A DNA stretch of 64,000 nucleotides from Octopus sinensis (GCF_006345805.1 NC_043002.1:31434001-31498000), one strand, 5' to 3'. Positions 1 to 15,291 are shown, numbered from the stretch's first letter. The notes: generated from the sequence alone by a model not told the origin. Numbers and translations: made by a program.

Positions 1-19
1 TTCTTTGTAAACCTAGTAA

Positions 20-307
20 TTATTCTATCAGTCCCTTTTGCCGAACCACTATATTACGGGGACGTAAATACACCAACATCGGTTTTCAAGCGATGGCGAG
101 ATGACAAACTGACACACAAACACACACACACACACACATTTATATATATATACGACGGGCTTCTTTTAGTTTCCGACTACCAAATCCACTCACAAGCTTT
201 TGGTCGGACCGCGGCTATAGTAGAACACACTTACCCAAGGTGACATGCAGTGGGACTGAACCTGGAACCATGTTGCTGGAAAGCAAGCTTCTTACCACAC
301 AGCCACT
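20..307 (-). mobile_element. tRNA-derived SINE, family A (octopus-type)
   Basis: Minus strand starts with a tRNA-like head (GGCTGTGTGGTAAGAAGCTTGC...GGTTCAGTCCCACTGC), then body and internal (TG)n/(TA)n. Related pieces at about 19545-19670, 20340-20490, 45785-46020 and 46030-46168. Confidence 0.8.
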
Positions 308-834
308 TCTGCACCTATAATGTATTTAAAAAGTAAGTGGGGCGCGAGGTAATGAATGAGTATATATGAAAAAATACCTGTGTAAATAGATTTGTGGTGA
401 CGTTGGTGATTGGGTACAGTATTAGTGTGCTACGCTAATAGTAAGGTGAGTAGGCATAGATTTAGAGGAGGTAGGTGTGTGTGTTTGGGTGGATATGTGA
501 AGGGCAGTAAAATAATATGTTGTGACATTACAAGCATTGGATATTAAAATGCAGAAAGACAAAAGCATAACTATATCTTTTTCCTAAGGTGGACGTGTTG
601 GGTCAACTGAAGATAACCAGAGGTAGGCGGTAGGGGAGTGGAGTGAATACACCTGTGCGTAAACCAACAAACATGAATACAATTGTATTTATGGATTTAT
701 TTATTCGTTCTTGTCGTGTAGCTCACCTTTGAATCAGTGTGCCGGAAATCATATATGAATGGAAATAGCCTATGTTTAATTAGCCATTACTACATTAACA
801 AATATATGTATTTTTTGCCTGACAGTATATGAAT

Positions 835-1220
835 GATAGAGTGTATCATATAGACACATCTATACACACACACGCACGCACGCACGTACACGCACACGCA
901 CGCACACACACGCGCACATTGATGCACACGGACACACATACAGACGCATGCACACGCACGCATACACTCAGACACACACACACACACACACACGCACACG
1001 TACGTGCACACACACGGACGTACACACACATGCACGAACACACACACACACGTACATACATATACACGCACACACAGATCATATATAGATCATAGAGTGT
1101 ATCATATAGACACATCTATACACACACGGACGCACGTACACGCACACGCACGCACACACACATTGATGCACACGGACACACATACAGACGCATGCACACG
1201 CACGCAGAAACTCAGACACA
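835..1220. repeat. Compound CA/CGCA microsatellite with a local tandem duplication abutting the gap
   Basis: ATAGAGTGTATCATATAGACACATCTATACACACAC...CTCAGACACA occurs at about 836-975 and again at about 1092-1220. Confidence 0.85.
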
Positions 1221-1320
1221 NNNNNNNNNNNNNNNNNNNNNNNNNNNNNNNNNNNNNNNNNNNNNNNNNNNNNNNNNNNNNNNNNNNNNNNNNNNNNNNN
1301 NNNNNNNNNNNNNNNNNNNN
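1221..1320. other. Assembly gap (100 N)
   Basis: Run of exactly 100 N. Confidence 1.
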
Positions 1321-1456
1321 AAATCAACACTATCGAGGAATAAAAACCAAGAAGAAAGAAATATTATTTATATATATTTATTCGTTTGCCCGACATAGAT
1401 AGACAGACGGACAGACAGACAAACACACCGACAGACAGATAGAAATAAAGACAAAA

Positions 1457-1470
1457 GGATAGATAGATAA

Positions 1471-1545
<75 letters not shown>
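1457..1545. repeat. (GATA)n microsatellite
   Basis: Direct reading. Confidence 0.95.
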
Positions 1546-1547
<2 letters not shown>

Positions 1548-2349
1548 AATAGGTCTTTAAAAAATCAAAATATCAGGAACCTTTGGAAAGGGTTTTTCGT
1601 GCTGTGAGTGAGAACCTTCAATATTTACAGTTTTTCAAAAGCACGTGTAATAAGCTAACCTATACAGAGACCTATACTGTCCGATTTAATGAGTTTTATT
1701 TATTTATATATCTAAAAAATTTTGACTTCAGAAAATCTTTCTTGAAATATGATCACATAATCACATAATCACACATAGACCTACGCACATCTTTATTACT
1801 GTCAATGTTTGTTTATCAATTTAAGTACTAATGTCTGTTGGTAGATCTTCTTTCATTTGGCGCTCGGCACATCCTTATCAAGTCGACTTATGGTCAAAGA
1901 CGTTCCAGAATAATCCATGCACATACCGAACAGTGTATCAAGGGCTTCAACATCCGAAATGTCTTTCGTTAAGAATTGCTAGATAAACGTCTAAAACAAA
2001 TTTCGCTGTTTGTTCAGTATATTTTCCCTCTGTAAAAGTGGTTTTGTTTGTTGCAACGTCCTCGTATTAATCTCCGCCGCCGTTATTTTTACGACAATAC
2101 GTGTTTGCATGTGTGTATGTGTGTTTATGTGTGTGTGGGAGTATGTAAGAAGGTGTTTAATTGATTTACAGCTCTCATGTCTTAGTCCAATACCCCCATT
2201 TTTCTTCATTTTACACTCATTCACCGCCACCAACATTAAAACTATACGGCCTATGGATGCCAATTCAGCTTACACATGTTATCAGACACACGCAACACAC
2301 CCACGTACGCAAACACAATTAGAGACACTGTGTATACATTTAGATTTCT

Positions 2350-2363
2350 CTCTCTCTCTCTCA

Positions 2364-2395
<32 letters not shown>

Positions 2396-2496
2396 ATAAA
2401 TATATGTATATGTATGTGTGTACTTTTTACATATACAATAAGTATGTTCTATACATGCAACTCTCTCTCTCTCTCTATATATATAATATATGTTAC

Positions 2497-2542
<46 letters not shown>

Positions 2543-2567
2543 TATATATATTATATATATATATACT

Positions 2568-2606
<39 letters not shown>

Positions 2607-2700
2607 ACACACCACATTATATATATATATAATATACACATACATACACGCCATACATATATACATACACATACACACACACAGTCATATACATTGTGTA
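2350..2700. repeat. Compound (TC)n/(TA)n/(TG)n microsatellite field
   Basis: Direct reading; source of the YIYI-type ORFs. Confidence 0.95.
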
Positions 2701-3590
2701 TGTGAGTGTCGGGTTGGCAGAGTTCACTTTCGTACATGTTATAGATATATCTTCTTTACATTCTCTTCCGTCCCACCACGTCCCATTATTCAACACACTC
2801 ATACACACATACAACACCTACAAATGTGCTAAAACACACACACCAACACACGCACCATCTCCTGTAATTACATTCACATACACACGCAGCATTAATTCAT
2901 AATCAGCTCAACATTGAAGATATATATCTTCGTGAATATATACATATTTTCACTCCAAACATCACTCACCTTCTCACTCTACTTCTCTCTCTTCTCTTCC
3001 CTCTTTCAGTCTCTTCCTGTCTCTCTATAGATCTGAATAACTCTCTTGTCCCACTCTGCAATTATTGCTCCACCCATCCCCTACATCTGTTCACAGCTCA
3101 TTAACTTTGTCTTACCCTACTTAACAAAAACAATTGTAATTGTATTCAAAAATATTTAGTGTCCCTGCTGTTCATCTCACCTCAATTATTGCGTGATTGT
3201 CAGATTGCTACGTATCTTAATATTTTAGATGGTTTAATCACGCATATATCATGTATGCATACATGTGAATGCGTGTATGCATATGTGTATATATTTATGT
3301 ATTACACACACATATATACACAGATATGTAATATATATATATATGTGCTTGTGTATGTATTTACTTAAGTATATGTGTAAGTGATATATGCTTGATTAAA
3401 CCATGTAATACAAACATATATTAATATATATATATATATGTATATATACACACACACACATATATAATATATATATAATATAAATAATATATATATATAT
3501 ATATAATATATATATATTATATATATATATATGTATGTATATGGATATATACATACGTATATCTTACATACTAACATCTAAACGTATATA

Positions 3591-3635
<45 letters not shown>

Positions 3636-4649
3636 GATGTGGGCACAGGACGTCACGAAAAGTATACAACAAAAACTACGAAGCATGAGTACATGGAACG
3701 TGAACTAGTCTTTCGAACAAGGAAAGACACAAATGGAAAACAAAACAAACAACATAAAGAATGACACTTCATCAGTTGTAGGCTGTATAGTTTCGTATAT
3801 ATATATATATATAAACAAACTCACAGTATTATATATATATAAATATATCTGCACACACTTGTTGTATAAATATATATGTGTGTATGTATAAGTGTGTTTG
3901 TGTATAATCTGTTTGCGGATCGTTTGAAACATTCAAAAATTCAGATATAACCGTTTTGAAAATGGTGCTCAAATTGAAATCAAGCTACAAGAAGTAGTCA
4001 TCAATAAAAATCTTTGTACATATATATATATATGATGTGCTACTTTGCAATTTTTCGACTACCTACTAAATTTCTTGATTTATAAGATAGTAGGCGGTCG
4101 GGGCTGAAACTGATGACACTTCACTGGGACTGAACCTGAAACCAATCAAAGAAAAAATGAAATGAATATAGTTTACTTTACATCAGCTGTCTTGCTAAAG
4201 ATTCCCTAGTTTCGATGCATGAAACAGAACCTCTGTCGCAGGTTACGGATTTTGGGCAGTTTACTGTGGGGAGATGCTACAGAAGCACAAGTAGAACTTG
4301 TACAAGACATTTGCAAGCAAGAGCAGAATACAATAATAGCGAAAATGTATGTTTAAACTAGCAGCTAATACTGACAATATGAAAACAAAGCGAAAACAAA
4401 ACAAAGGTCTATGTACCATGACGTTAAATATCACAGTAAGCTGTTGTCAATAAGTTGTAGTATTCGCCAATTAAATGAAACGAAAACCAGACAAAGCACA
4501 TTATGCTACTCATTTAATGAAGTGTGCATAAAAGATACCCAGTAGAATTCAGTATGCAGCTAGGAAAAACCGACATTCGTCATCGACAGTTTTACAACGT
4601 TGGCCTGTTTGATAGGCAACTGTTGCGTTATTTCGCTTTTTCATGGCAT

Positions 4650-5400
4650 CGTCAATAAAGAAGCGTCTTTAACATATTTTCCAAGTAATGAGTGAAGTAT
4701 GACTTTGTAAGTATGCAGTATGTACACATGAGAATGTAGGCGGATAGAAATGGAGTTTTTGTGAGACATGATTGTAAGAACACTTGACTTTCAAGAAACT
4801 TTACACATATATGTATGAATGTACATTGTTGTCTAGGGCACGTTAAGTCCACTTTGAGTATGCTTCTAAGTAAGTAATCTCCAGTAATGAGCATCCTCTC
4901 TTATTTTTTGTCTAGATGACTAATGCTATTCCTCTTTATGAGTGTAGGTTATTACTTTGACGGAGTTGTTGAAATGGGTGAAGTAGGGACCAGTTTTGAG
5001 TGTCCGGTATCTGAAATTTGGTCGGGCGTTCATAAGCCTCAACAAGTTAGACAATGTTGCCACTGAAAGTTCCCTGATAACGTCTAACAGAAGTTATGTT
5101 AAAAACATTCAAGCTGCTCTAGAAAAACTTTTATCAATTGGTTGGCTTGCACAAGAGAACTTTCTGCTAGAATCTTAGATAACTTAAAGATATCTATAGT
5201 TTGGCATAGTTTCGGGGTTTGGGGCTACTTCAGAGTGCCTGTGTACATGCTGCTAATAGAAAACCTTCTGCATGCAGTGTTCAGTGCCTAAACCCTGATG
5301 ATTTCTGATGATTCCTTCGAAAGTGGTATGGCTCCAACGATCGGCCGTGTGCCGTATGAAAATCCCCTTACTATTTTTGTTTCCAGTTAGCTGTCAAGCA
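4650..5400 (-). pseudogene. Possible highly decayed LINE ORF1 remnant (PHD-like plus SGNH esterase-like)
   Basis: Minus-strand peptides DRWSHTTFEGI (PHD-like) and LITGDYLLRSI (resembles the GDS motif of CR1 ORF1 esterases). Many stops; weak similarity judged by eye. Confidence 0.25.
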
Positions 5401-5869
5401 GAGACGGAAAAAGCGGTTGTGTGATTTACGCAAGAGAAAGGACTGAAATGACACTCTCCATTTTCAACAACCTCTTATCGTCTTCTTTCATTATCTTTTC
5501 GAATTTAATATTGAAAGAAATGTGAATGGGTGTAAATTTTATTGAAATATGGGTTAGAGAGGTTAACATAGCCTAAATGAACAGGCCTATTTTAAGCATG
5601 CTCATATAAGCAGAAAAATGGCAGTTGAGAGAGAGTGTGAGAGAAAGAAAAAGAAATACAGAGGAAGAGTGACAGAGAGGGGAGAGAGGAGAGAGAGAGA
5701 TAACATTGCAAGAATTTTAAACACAATAAAAACTCACCTTGAAAAACCAAAACATAAAAGAAATGAACATGAATGCAAATGAGCGAGCAGTCACAACAGA
5801 CATTTAAACAAATAAAAGAAAACTATCGCTATTATCAGGAATAATAGCGATAGTGAAATGAGGTACTCG

Positions 5870-6720
5870 ATATTAAGTTGGGTCCGGGATACAAAGATAA
5901 AATCATAAAAACATGGTGGGAGCATATTATGGCAGCTACGTTATTGCCCCCAAACACATTCCCGAACGACCAAAGAGAGTTACATACCCCTGTCTTTACA
6001 AATACGGTGAGTAGTTCATATTCTACAAAGAAAAGATTAGAGAAAGATTATATTTGTGGATCTGTGTTCGTTACATTGTCCAGTGTGGGCATATGGAAGG
6101 AAGCCTTGCTTGGTATTTAAAAATTGGAATTGGTCCGTTACACAATCTAAAGGCTCGTTTCACAATATATGGATGGATCAAATACAAAGGGTTGAAGCTA
6201 GTTCATTAGTATCGACGTTGATGCTTTGTGGAAAAAATATGAGTAGTTTATGCATAGAGAGTTAAGGTGAAACATATTGTTCGTGGTGTTCACACACACA
6301 TGCAAGTCTTGATAACCACCCTGGATATCACAAAGATTTTCGAGGGACTTACCTTATTGCTGGTTTAGAAATAAACAATCACATTCATACTACAGATAAG
6401 AAAGAGCTGTTTCTGAAAGTCGTGTGATTGAATATCCATAAAATTAGAGGATTAATCCAATTACAACCAGACCTTCAAGATAATTTTCACTCTTTACTCT
6501 ATTAATCATGGCTATATTGGAGGAAGCTATGTTATTTGCAATGCTGAGGGCGATAGAAAAAGACAGCTCAATGGCATTGCTATTTAAGATGTTACAGTAC
6601 GCATGTTCTCTAGTGTAATATCTATATAGCCGTTCGGGAGAAGAATGTTGTAGGTATTAGAGTACCAAATAGCATGTTGTCAAGGGGACTATAAAAAGAT
6701 GATTTCTCCATGTATATACT
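5870..6720 (+). pseudogene. Highly decayed non-LTR reverse transcriptase remnant
   Basis: Motif-like peptides in expected order: GPGYKDKII (APGxD), NTFPNDQR (FPxxWK), VTLSSVGIWKEALL, LDITKIFEGLPY (LDIxKAFDxVPH). Confidence 0.4.
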
Positions 6721-7152
6721 CCTTCTGGTTTCTACATTTACTCCCATATATATGAGTCCAAATTCCGTCGAGGTCGACGTTGCCTTTCATCGCTTCGGGG
6801 TCGATAAATTAAGTACCAGTTGTATATATATAGACCATAGTTAAGTTCCAGATTCGGTAATAATGTCTGTCTATAGCACTTATTCAGCATTACCTGACAC
6901 CTTTGGATCTCAATGACACCATTATTTCTTATATATATATATATATATACTTACATTTACATATATATGTATATCTCAACAAGGCTGTTTGATAAGAAGC
7001 TTGCTTGCTTCATAACTACACGAAACCGGATTCAGTCCCGCAGCGTACCAGTATGGACAATTTTTTTTTTATTTTGCTTGTCCAAGTAGGAGCCGACTAC
7101 ACCATTTAGAGAGGGGTTATTATTAGTCAGAGACTATACACACACACACACA

Positions 7153-7249
<97 letters not shown>

Positions 7250-7451
7250 TATGTATATATATTTAGAATATGTGTGTGTACGTGTGTATGTGTGTGTGTG
7301 TGTGTACGTGTGTATGTGTGTGTGTGTGTGCATGAGCGTATATGTGTGGATGTATTTGGAATATGGATTTGGAAATCGCGAGGGAAAGAATTTGAAATTA
7401 GTGATTCATTAATGATTTATACACATCCTCACATGCATGCACACACACACA

Positions 7452-7491
<40 letters not shown>

Positions 7492-7879
7492 ACACATACA
7501 CACACATAGATGCAAGGAAGTTTATTTAGTTTATGTCTTACTCACGCACACACTTATACTGAACCCAGCATATACGCATATATCAAATCTTCTCTAATCT
7601 TCACATCTATACACAAATTATATGACTATAATTAAAAATGAATCTAAAGAAATTTCAAGTGAAAAGGGAAGCTAAACGTTCATAATGAAATACAACACTG
7701 CATGCAGAATTAACTTTCACACAGAAGAGCGTTCTTTAATTAAGATCGAGCAGATGATCGAAATTATGTTAGCTCTGGCGAATATATAGGGTTTGCAGAT
7801 GGTGGAACCTATATTTGTCAGATCTGGAAACCATCTGTTGAATTCGAGATAAAGTTAGGTAGGCTATGTATTACGTTTG

Positions 7880-8064
7880 AGCTTGTCTGTTTGTTTGTGT
7901 ATACACATACGTAAGAGTATGCCTGAATGGTATGTTATCCTTATTATCATTATTGTTGTTGTTGTAGTTGTTGTTGTTGTTGTTGTTATTATTATTATTA
8001 TTATCATTATTACGATTATTATTGTTGTTGTTGTTGCTGTTGTTGTTATTATTATTATTACTAC

Positions 8065-8142
<78 letters not shown>

Positions 8143-8280
8143 GATTATTATTATTATTATTATTGTTATTGTTGTTGTTGTTGTTGTTGTTTTTGTTGTC
8201 GTTGTTGTTGTTGTTGTTGTTGTCGTTGTTGTTGTCTTTGTTGTTGTTGCTGTTGTTGTTCCTGTTAATATTATTATTAT
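7880..8280. repeat. Compound (GTT)n/(ATT)n trinucleotide microsatellite
   Basis: Direct reading; gives poly-N/I/V/Y/C ORFs. Confidence 0.95.
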
Positions 8281-8283
8281 TAC

Positions 8284-8453
8284 AAGCTGGCAGAATCTTG
8301 AGCACGCTGGACGAATTGCTTCGCGGTATTTCGTCTGCCGCTAGGATATGTGTTCAAATTCCACCGGTGTCGATTAAATAAGTACCAGTTACGCACTGTA
8401 GTCGATGTAATGCCTTTCCCCAAATTTGAGGCCTTGTGCTTCCAGTAGAGAGG
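8284..8453 (+). mobile_element. tRNA-derived SINE, family B (GGCGGYGAGCTGGCAGAAWCGTTAGC head)
   Basis: AAGCTGGCAGAATC...GTTCAAATTCC...AAGTACCAGTT...GTCGATGTAAT. The most abundant SINE in the window; a second decayed copy lies at 8495-8656. Confidence 0.8.
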
Positions 8454-8994
8454 TTTATTATTGTTGTTGTAATTGTTGTCATTGTTGCTGTTGTAATGGC
8501 GACCTGGCAGAATATTAAAGCCTGCTGGAGGAAATGCTTATCGACATTTTATCCGTCTTTAAGCTCTAAGTCCAAACTGTACCGAGGTTGATTTTGGCAC
8601 TCATCCTCTGTAGTTCGATAAATTAAATGCCAGTAAATCTATGAGGTTGATGTAATCGTCATCGTCATAGTGTTGATCATCAGGTGCTAAGACTAGATTG
8701 GCACTGCTCTAAAAGAAAATGAGGCCGTGAGAGGAACAACAGTTAACGAAGAAATGTCAGTGGGCCAGCAGCTCGGAAACTGGCGAGGCAGATCCTCTTC
8801 ATCCAATAACGTGTTAAGACGCTCAAGAGAAAGACCGGTTAAATTATACGGGGGCTGCTTTTGTGCTGGGTTGAGGTTGGCTAATTTCACCCAGAAAAGG
8901 ACCTAAAGAAAATTATCTGCGTAAGGTTGGTTAGTGATGGCAAATACATACATCAACCCCAACGTTTTTTATAAACCCCTAGTATAAAATAAAG

Positions 8995-9036
<42 letters not shown>

Positions 9037-9097
9037 CATTATTATTATTATTATCATTATCAGTAGCAGCAGCAGCAGGAGCATCATCATCATCCTC

Positions 9098-9206
<109 letters not shown>

Positions 9207-9360
9207 TAATTTATCTAGACTGAAAGAATGAAAGCGAGGTTGAATTGCTTTTCATCCTTTCAGGTTCGATAAATTAAGTAACATTTGATTCCTGAATCGA
9301 TGTAATCGACACATATCCTCCTCCAAAATGGCTGCCCTTGTGGGAAAATTTTAAACAAAT

Positions 9361-9797
9361 ATTACTCGTATTTGATGAAGACGCTCAGCTTGTTTTGCTG
9401 AGTATGATGGTAAGTATAAGCGAATACTTCTTTTCCTTTGATCCTGTTGTCAACGATACATGTTATGTTGATTATCAGGTATGTTCTCTTCTTCCCACTT
9501 CACCAAAACAACATCAGGTTTCGGATGTCTAAAATGATGGTCGCACTGAATTATTGCTTTCTACAGGATTTTGCAATCTCCATTCTCATGGAGTGACTGT
9601 GAGATTTGGTTATACTACGTATTTGATTTTTCTAGGTCATAATTCTCTCAGAGTTCTTAATGGATCGTTCTTGCTACATTGACTTGGTTGTCATTTGTAT
9701 TCGCGTTGTGCCAATTTCAGACATGCACTACCAATTCACACCACACACCAAATATTCCGCATTTTGTCATTCTGAGATGTATTATCAACATTGAATT
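9361..9797 (-). mobile_element. Dong/R4-clade non-LTR retrotransposon 3' fragment (CCHC end plus restriction-like endonuclease), decayed
   Basis: Minus strand SACLKLAQREYK, ENGDCKIL, IQCDHHFRHPKPDVVLVK match the C-terminal region of the Dong copies at 26 kb and 29 kb. Confidence 0.75.
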
Positions 9798-9816
9798 TCA
9801 CATACGTTGTGTTCTT

Positions 9817-9859
<43 letters not shown>

Positions 9860-9891
9860 CTATTATTATTATTATTATTATTGTTATTGTT

Positions 9892-9924
<33 letters not shown>

Positions 9925-9994
9925 GCTGTTGTTGTTGTTATCATCATTATTATCATTATTATTATCATTATTATTATTATCATTATTATTATTA

Positions 9995-10048
<54 letters not shown>

Positions 10049-10106
10049 CATTATTATTATTATCATTATCAGTAGCAGCAGCAGCAGGAGCATCATCATC
10101 ATCCTC

Positions 10107-10180
<74 letters not shown>

Positions 10181-10335
10181 TAATTTATCTAGACTGAAAG
10201 AATGAAAGCGAGGTTGAATTTGCTTTTCATCCTTTCAGGTTCGATAAATTAAGTAACATTTGATTCCTGAATCGATGTAATCGACACATATCCTCCTCCA
10301 AAATGGCTGCCCTTGTGGGAAAATTTTAAACAAAT

Positions 10336-10771
10336 ATTACTCGTATTTGATGAAGACGCTCAGCTTGTTTTGCTGAGTATGATGGTAAGTATAAGCGAAT
10401 ACTTCTTTTCCTTTGATCCTGTTGTCAACGATACATGTTATGTTGATTATCAGGTATGTTCTCTTCTTCCACTTCACCAAAACAACATCAGGTTTCGGAT
10501 GTCTAAAATGATGGTCGCACTGAATTATTGCTTTCTACAGGATTTTGCAATCTCCATTCTCATGGAGTGACTGTGAGATTTGGTTATACTACGTATTTGA
10601 TTTTTCTAGGTCATAATTCTCTCAGAGTTCTTAATGGATCGTTCTTGCTACATTGACTTGGTTGTCATTTGTATTCGCGTTGTGCCAATTTCAGACATGC
10701 ACTACCAATTCACACCACACACCAAATATTCCGCATTTTGTCATTCTGAGATGTATTATCAACATTGAATT
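10336..10771 (-). mobile_element. Duplicate of the Dong/R4 fragment
   Basis: Near-identical copy of 9361-9797 inside the tandem duplication. Confidence 0.75.
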
Positions 10772-10790
10772 TCACATACGTTGTGTTCTT

Positions 10791-10833
<43 letters not shown>

Positions 10834-10977
10834 CTATTATTATTATTATTATTATTGTTATTGTTATTGTTGTTGTTGTTGTTGTTGTTGTTGCTGTTGT
10901 TGTTGTTATCATCATTATTATCATTATTATTATCATTATTATTATTATCATTATTATTATTATCATTATTATTATTA

Positions 10978-11016
<39 letters not shown>

Positions 11017-11249
11017 CATCATCATTATTATTATTTCTCTTTATCACAGATTTTGTTGGAGTTCCTGGTGTTTTGCATGTGTTACTATTATAATTTTTGT
11101 GTATATAAGCATACACTTATATAGAAATAGCTATATGCATATATACACAAATATACACACACTCAAGCACACTCACTCGCACTTCTGGACTATGTTTTCT
11201 ATAGTTTGTACCCCATTTCACTGGCAACCTAGTCGTATTTATGCTTCAA

Positions 11250-11830
11250 TTATTGTGTTGATGTCACATTGCTCTTGATTAGATTTACGTTCCATCGAAA
11301 CTTGGTGCTATTACATAGGTTGATGTTTCAAAGTAGAATATTTCACGGGTAAATAATGTTTCTCTGAAATTTTCTGGCAACATACTCTTGAACGATATTC
11401 TCCTTGTAAGTTAGTAAAATCACTTCAACTGATATTCTGTACCGGTAGAATTTTTCAAATGCTCTAAGTACACACCCCTGGTCACCAGGCACAGGATTCA
11501 TTCAAATGTGTTCCTTAACGTCTCTGATAATGCCATGGGTCTCATGTATACAAAACTGATCCATGAATTTTCCTCGACGCTTGGTTTTTCGTACATGCAG
11601 TAAAAGAGGCACGAAACTATATTCAGAATTTTTTTGAGTAAATATTAATATTCTTATTTGCTTTTGCTTTAGATCGTGGAAGTCAACATATTTGGAAATA
11701 TTTGGCGTTTATTAATATTTTCTTGCTTTAACATCAAAGCTCATGAAATTAGGTTGCGTTCAGTCATGTGTATCAAGTATCAAATGTTTCTAAGGCTACT
11801 GGCACAACAAACATGCAGTGGAATACTGAT
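11250..11830 (-). pseudogene. Possible decayed Penelope GIY-YIG remnant
   Basis: Minus strand reads IHETHGIIRDVKEHI, resembling YIGETxRxLxxRxKEH; the rest is heavily decayed. Confidence 0.3.
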
Positions 11831-13944
11831 TTCTTTTATAAAATGAGAGCTAATTCTCAGACTTATATTTTAACAATCGATTGCGATGTTTCTTAGTTAC
11901 TTGCCTTTTGTTAAAATCCTATCCACAGTATATAGCTTCATCCATACCTAGATATGTGGCATTTTTATCATATTATTAGAGAAATTGTCAGGCAAATTAC
12001 AGAGTCTGCTTTTACAACCAGGTTGGAATATATATTATATATATATATTCCGCACAAATGGAATCTCCGCTTTTAAAAATATGTTTCACACAATTCAAGG
12101 CTTTTCATATTCTTAATAATTTCTCGTATAACAATGTAGTTATGCGTCCGACTGATCTTGTTATTCTTTATATGTCCCAGTTACATACAGTTCAGAAGAG
12201 CTCGACAAAAGTGAGCCAGGAATTCACTAAAAGTGAAAACAGTAGCAAAGTGAACTTGTCTTTTTGGAATATAACCCTGCATTATTTCATCATGTCAGAA
12301 AATTTACAGTAGTTCCTGTACAAACTTCTGCACATATATCCTCACAATTACGAGGATTCCATTAACCCCTAGATGGGCTTGCAATGCACCCTTTCACTAT
12401 ATCAGGTATTTCTATATCCTTGTATACTGTTGTCCCATAGGCGCTGATGCTGTACTGAGTCCATCTACGCTTTTGACAATTTTTATTTTTGCTCTGCTTG
12501 GTTAACTAGCAGCAATTCGCACCAGATAAATCTCGCGGAGATGCAGCTATTATCACTGACAGCTAGTCTATTGATTACATATGTCTAGTAATACTCAAAA
12601 GAGATATGACACTTCGTGCACATGGTCATAGAACACAGCATACCTGTATACTCATATAGATACACATATATCAATAGTTTTCGTATTTTACCTCATTTTG
12701 TTCTGATAATGCAAATGTTGCACAAATTCTTTAAAAGGAAAAGATACGGTACTTAACTGATAAAGAAACAACTACACTTTTCCAGAAAAAGAGTCAATTC
12801 TTTCCAAACTCACTCATACGAAGCATAGACCCTTCATTCATCTATCACATACACGACATTGTGTTTTATTCACACAGTTACAGGGCAGTACATACATACC
12901 TACTCATGCACACAATGCCTGAATACACACTGTTGTACTTAGTTACCATTTATCTACATCCACATACAGAACTTTCTCGTGTGTTACCTCCCTTTCATTT
13001 GATTAATCACACAGGTTAAATGTGGATATTCTTTTGGATATTATTACCACATTTATGCAGCTCGTGCATTCAGAGTACATGAGATTTAGTGTGTAAATGT
13101 GAGTGTGCATAGGTGGGCGTATGCATGTGCATGAGACGTGCATATGCGTTTTTAGATCTGAATAAAAATATTATACTCTCAACAAAAATGTCAGTTTGTG
13201 TAAGGTACGGTGAAACAACATATCGTGTTAAGAAGCCTATAGTTGAGATACTATAATATCGGTTAATTTGTACCGGTCCCATCCTGAACAAGCTGGCCAA
13301 TGTTAAAAGGCATTCTAGTCGTGACTATTCCATCATTCATCGTGATATAACGTTCCTGAGAATAAGATTCTCGTGTATCATGCAATTTAAAATTCATTTC
13401 GTGTGATTGTTCTGTGTAGCAGGCTATATACTACGACGTAGAAACTTTCCCGCTTCCAATCAATTTCCTAAAGCAGGGAAAATATAAAATATTGTTGATT
13501 CGATAAAAATCCGTGAACTTATGCAAAAATAATTTAATACCTATGACGTAATAATTCCTGTCATAATGATGAAATATTAGGTCATAGTTTATGCCGAAAT
13601 GAGAAATTATATCTTTGACTATTCAATTAGAAATGTTTGAAATCAATTTTCATTAACATTCTTCAAATCTGAAAGCTTATTAACCCTTCAAAGAAATTAG
13701 TGACTCATATACATGTTTTAATTTGGCTGGGGAACAAGTATAATGGTAAAAGGTATATTTTGTGTTAATATTTCAGTAAATATATAGATAGATTTCTTGG
13801 AGATGTACACTGAAAAATGAGGATGCAACGAGAAGAATTCTGAACTATCGTATTTTAGACACAAACGATTCCAAACAGCATACAAGATACTCGAATGGTA
13901 ACGTGTAAATGAAAACAACATTATATAATGTTGTACCAATTATA

Positions 13945-14153
13945 TTGGTTTGAAATTTTGACACAAGGCCGAGAATTTCGTGGGGAGGGGTAACACGATT
14001 ACATCGACTCAGTACTCTGCTGAGGCTTATTCTATCGATCCTGAACGGATAAAAGTTAAAGATGACTAAGGCAGAATTTGAGCTCAGAACGTAAAAGAGG
14101 GACGAAATGCCGTTACGTTTTTGCCCAGCGTGCTAAGGATTTGGCCAGCTCGC
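13945..14153 (-). mobile_element. SINE family B
   Basis: Reverse complement of the family B head and body, diverged. Confidence 0.75.
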
Positions 14154-14999
14154 AGTTTGAGGTATCTTATATATTGAATATATCTAAAGAGCAGAATAAT
14201 CAGCATAGATATGCTGAAGTTTTGTGGCACTTTACCAAGCGTAGAGGGTATTGATCTAAGACCATAATGTCATGAGTTCGATTCTTCGTCCGAGTGGTAC
14301 ATTGTGTCACTAACAACGCATTGTATCCACGGTGCTCCGGTTAAAGAAGACTGAAAATTAATGTCCTGCAAGTACTCTTGTCGACCTCTCCTTTAACACC
14401 TGCTATTTATTCGATATTCCGCTGCGTGAAGTATATGAGGGCCAAAAGACTATCTAATTAAGCTCAAAACAACACAGACTCCAAAAACTATTATCGAAAG
14501 CCGTTTACATGCTCCTAACCACTGCTCACTTGTACGGTAGAATTATCCTTATAACACAATGGACAAAATAACCAACTGATGTTACATAGTTACTATTTTA
14601 TACTATGACAGAGAAGCATTATGAGGCAAACTTTTTTTTTTCTGTCAACATTTTCTCAATAGGTGAAGGAGAAGCCGGAAAAAATGTGTCATAAATTTTT
14701 ACTAACATATTCATAATTTCTTTACTTCCATTCACTGAAATTAAGTAGGTTCTCTTCAAATCAAGAATTGTGCTCTGAAGAAATTCACCAAAGAAGATAT
14801 TTCGGAGACATTGAAAAGAGAATGAGCTACCAAAATGTATCCAGAAGACATAGATTTTAAATATAGCTGTGTAATATGTTAGTGCACTCAAAACAAATAA
14901 CTTGTCATTGACACATTTAATTAAAAACATATACACACACATAGACACAGACACCGACTCACATACAGACACAAACACAGACACACGCACACACACACA

Positions 15000-15056
<57 letters not shown>

Positions 15057-15198
15057 CATATATAAACTTCTCTCTACATAAAATACATACAAACTCATAT
15101 ACACACACGAGTGTATACGAGCGTGAATATATTTGTGAACATATTTGCGTTTGCATATTTCTATAGGTATGGACATACGCATGCGTATCATGTATCTA

Positions 15199-15248
<50 letters not shown>

Positions 15249-15291
15249 ACTAGCTAGCTAGCTATCTGTCTGTCTGTCTGTCTATCTATCC

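Noticed and set aside
835-1220. Biological tandem duplication
   Set aside because: Directly abuts the gap, so most likely a contig-end overlap artefact.
4242-4346. Possible 105-nt exon (CAG...GTATGT, two open frames, one starting VTDFG)
   Set aside because: Weak polypyrimidine tract, no recognisable protein and no partner exons; needs RNA-seq.
5205-5325. CTGAAG...GAAAC (minus) and CTGATGA...GAAA (plus)
   Set aside because: Stem II cannot form and there is no GUH triplet in register.
8690-8990. 3' end of an RTE-like LINE before (ATT)n
   Set aside because: Peptide similarity too weak to call by eye.
12700-12732. CTGATAA-TGCAA(ATG)TTGCA hammerhead-like
   Set aside because: C3:A8 mismatch, no GAAA, no stems I or III.
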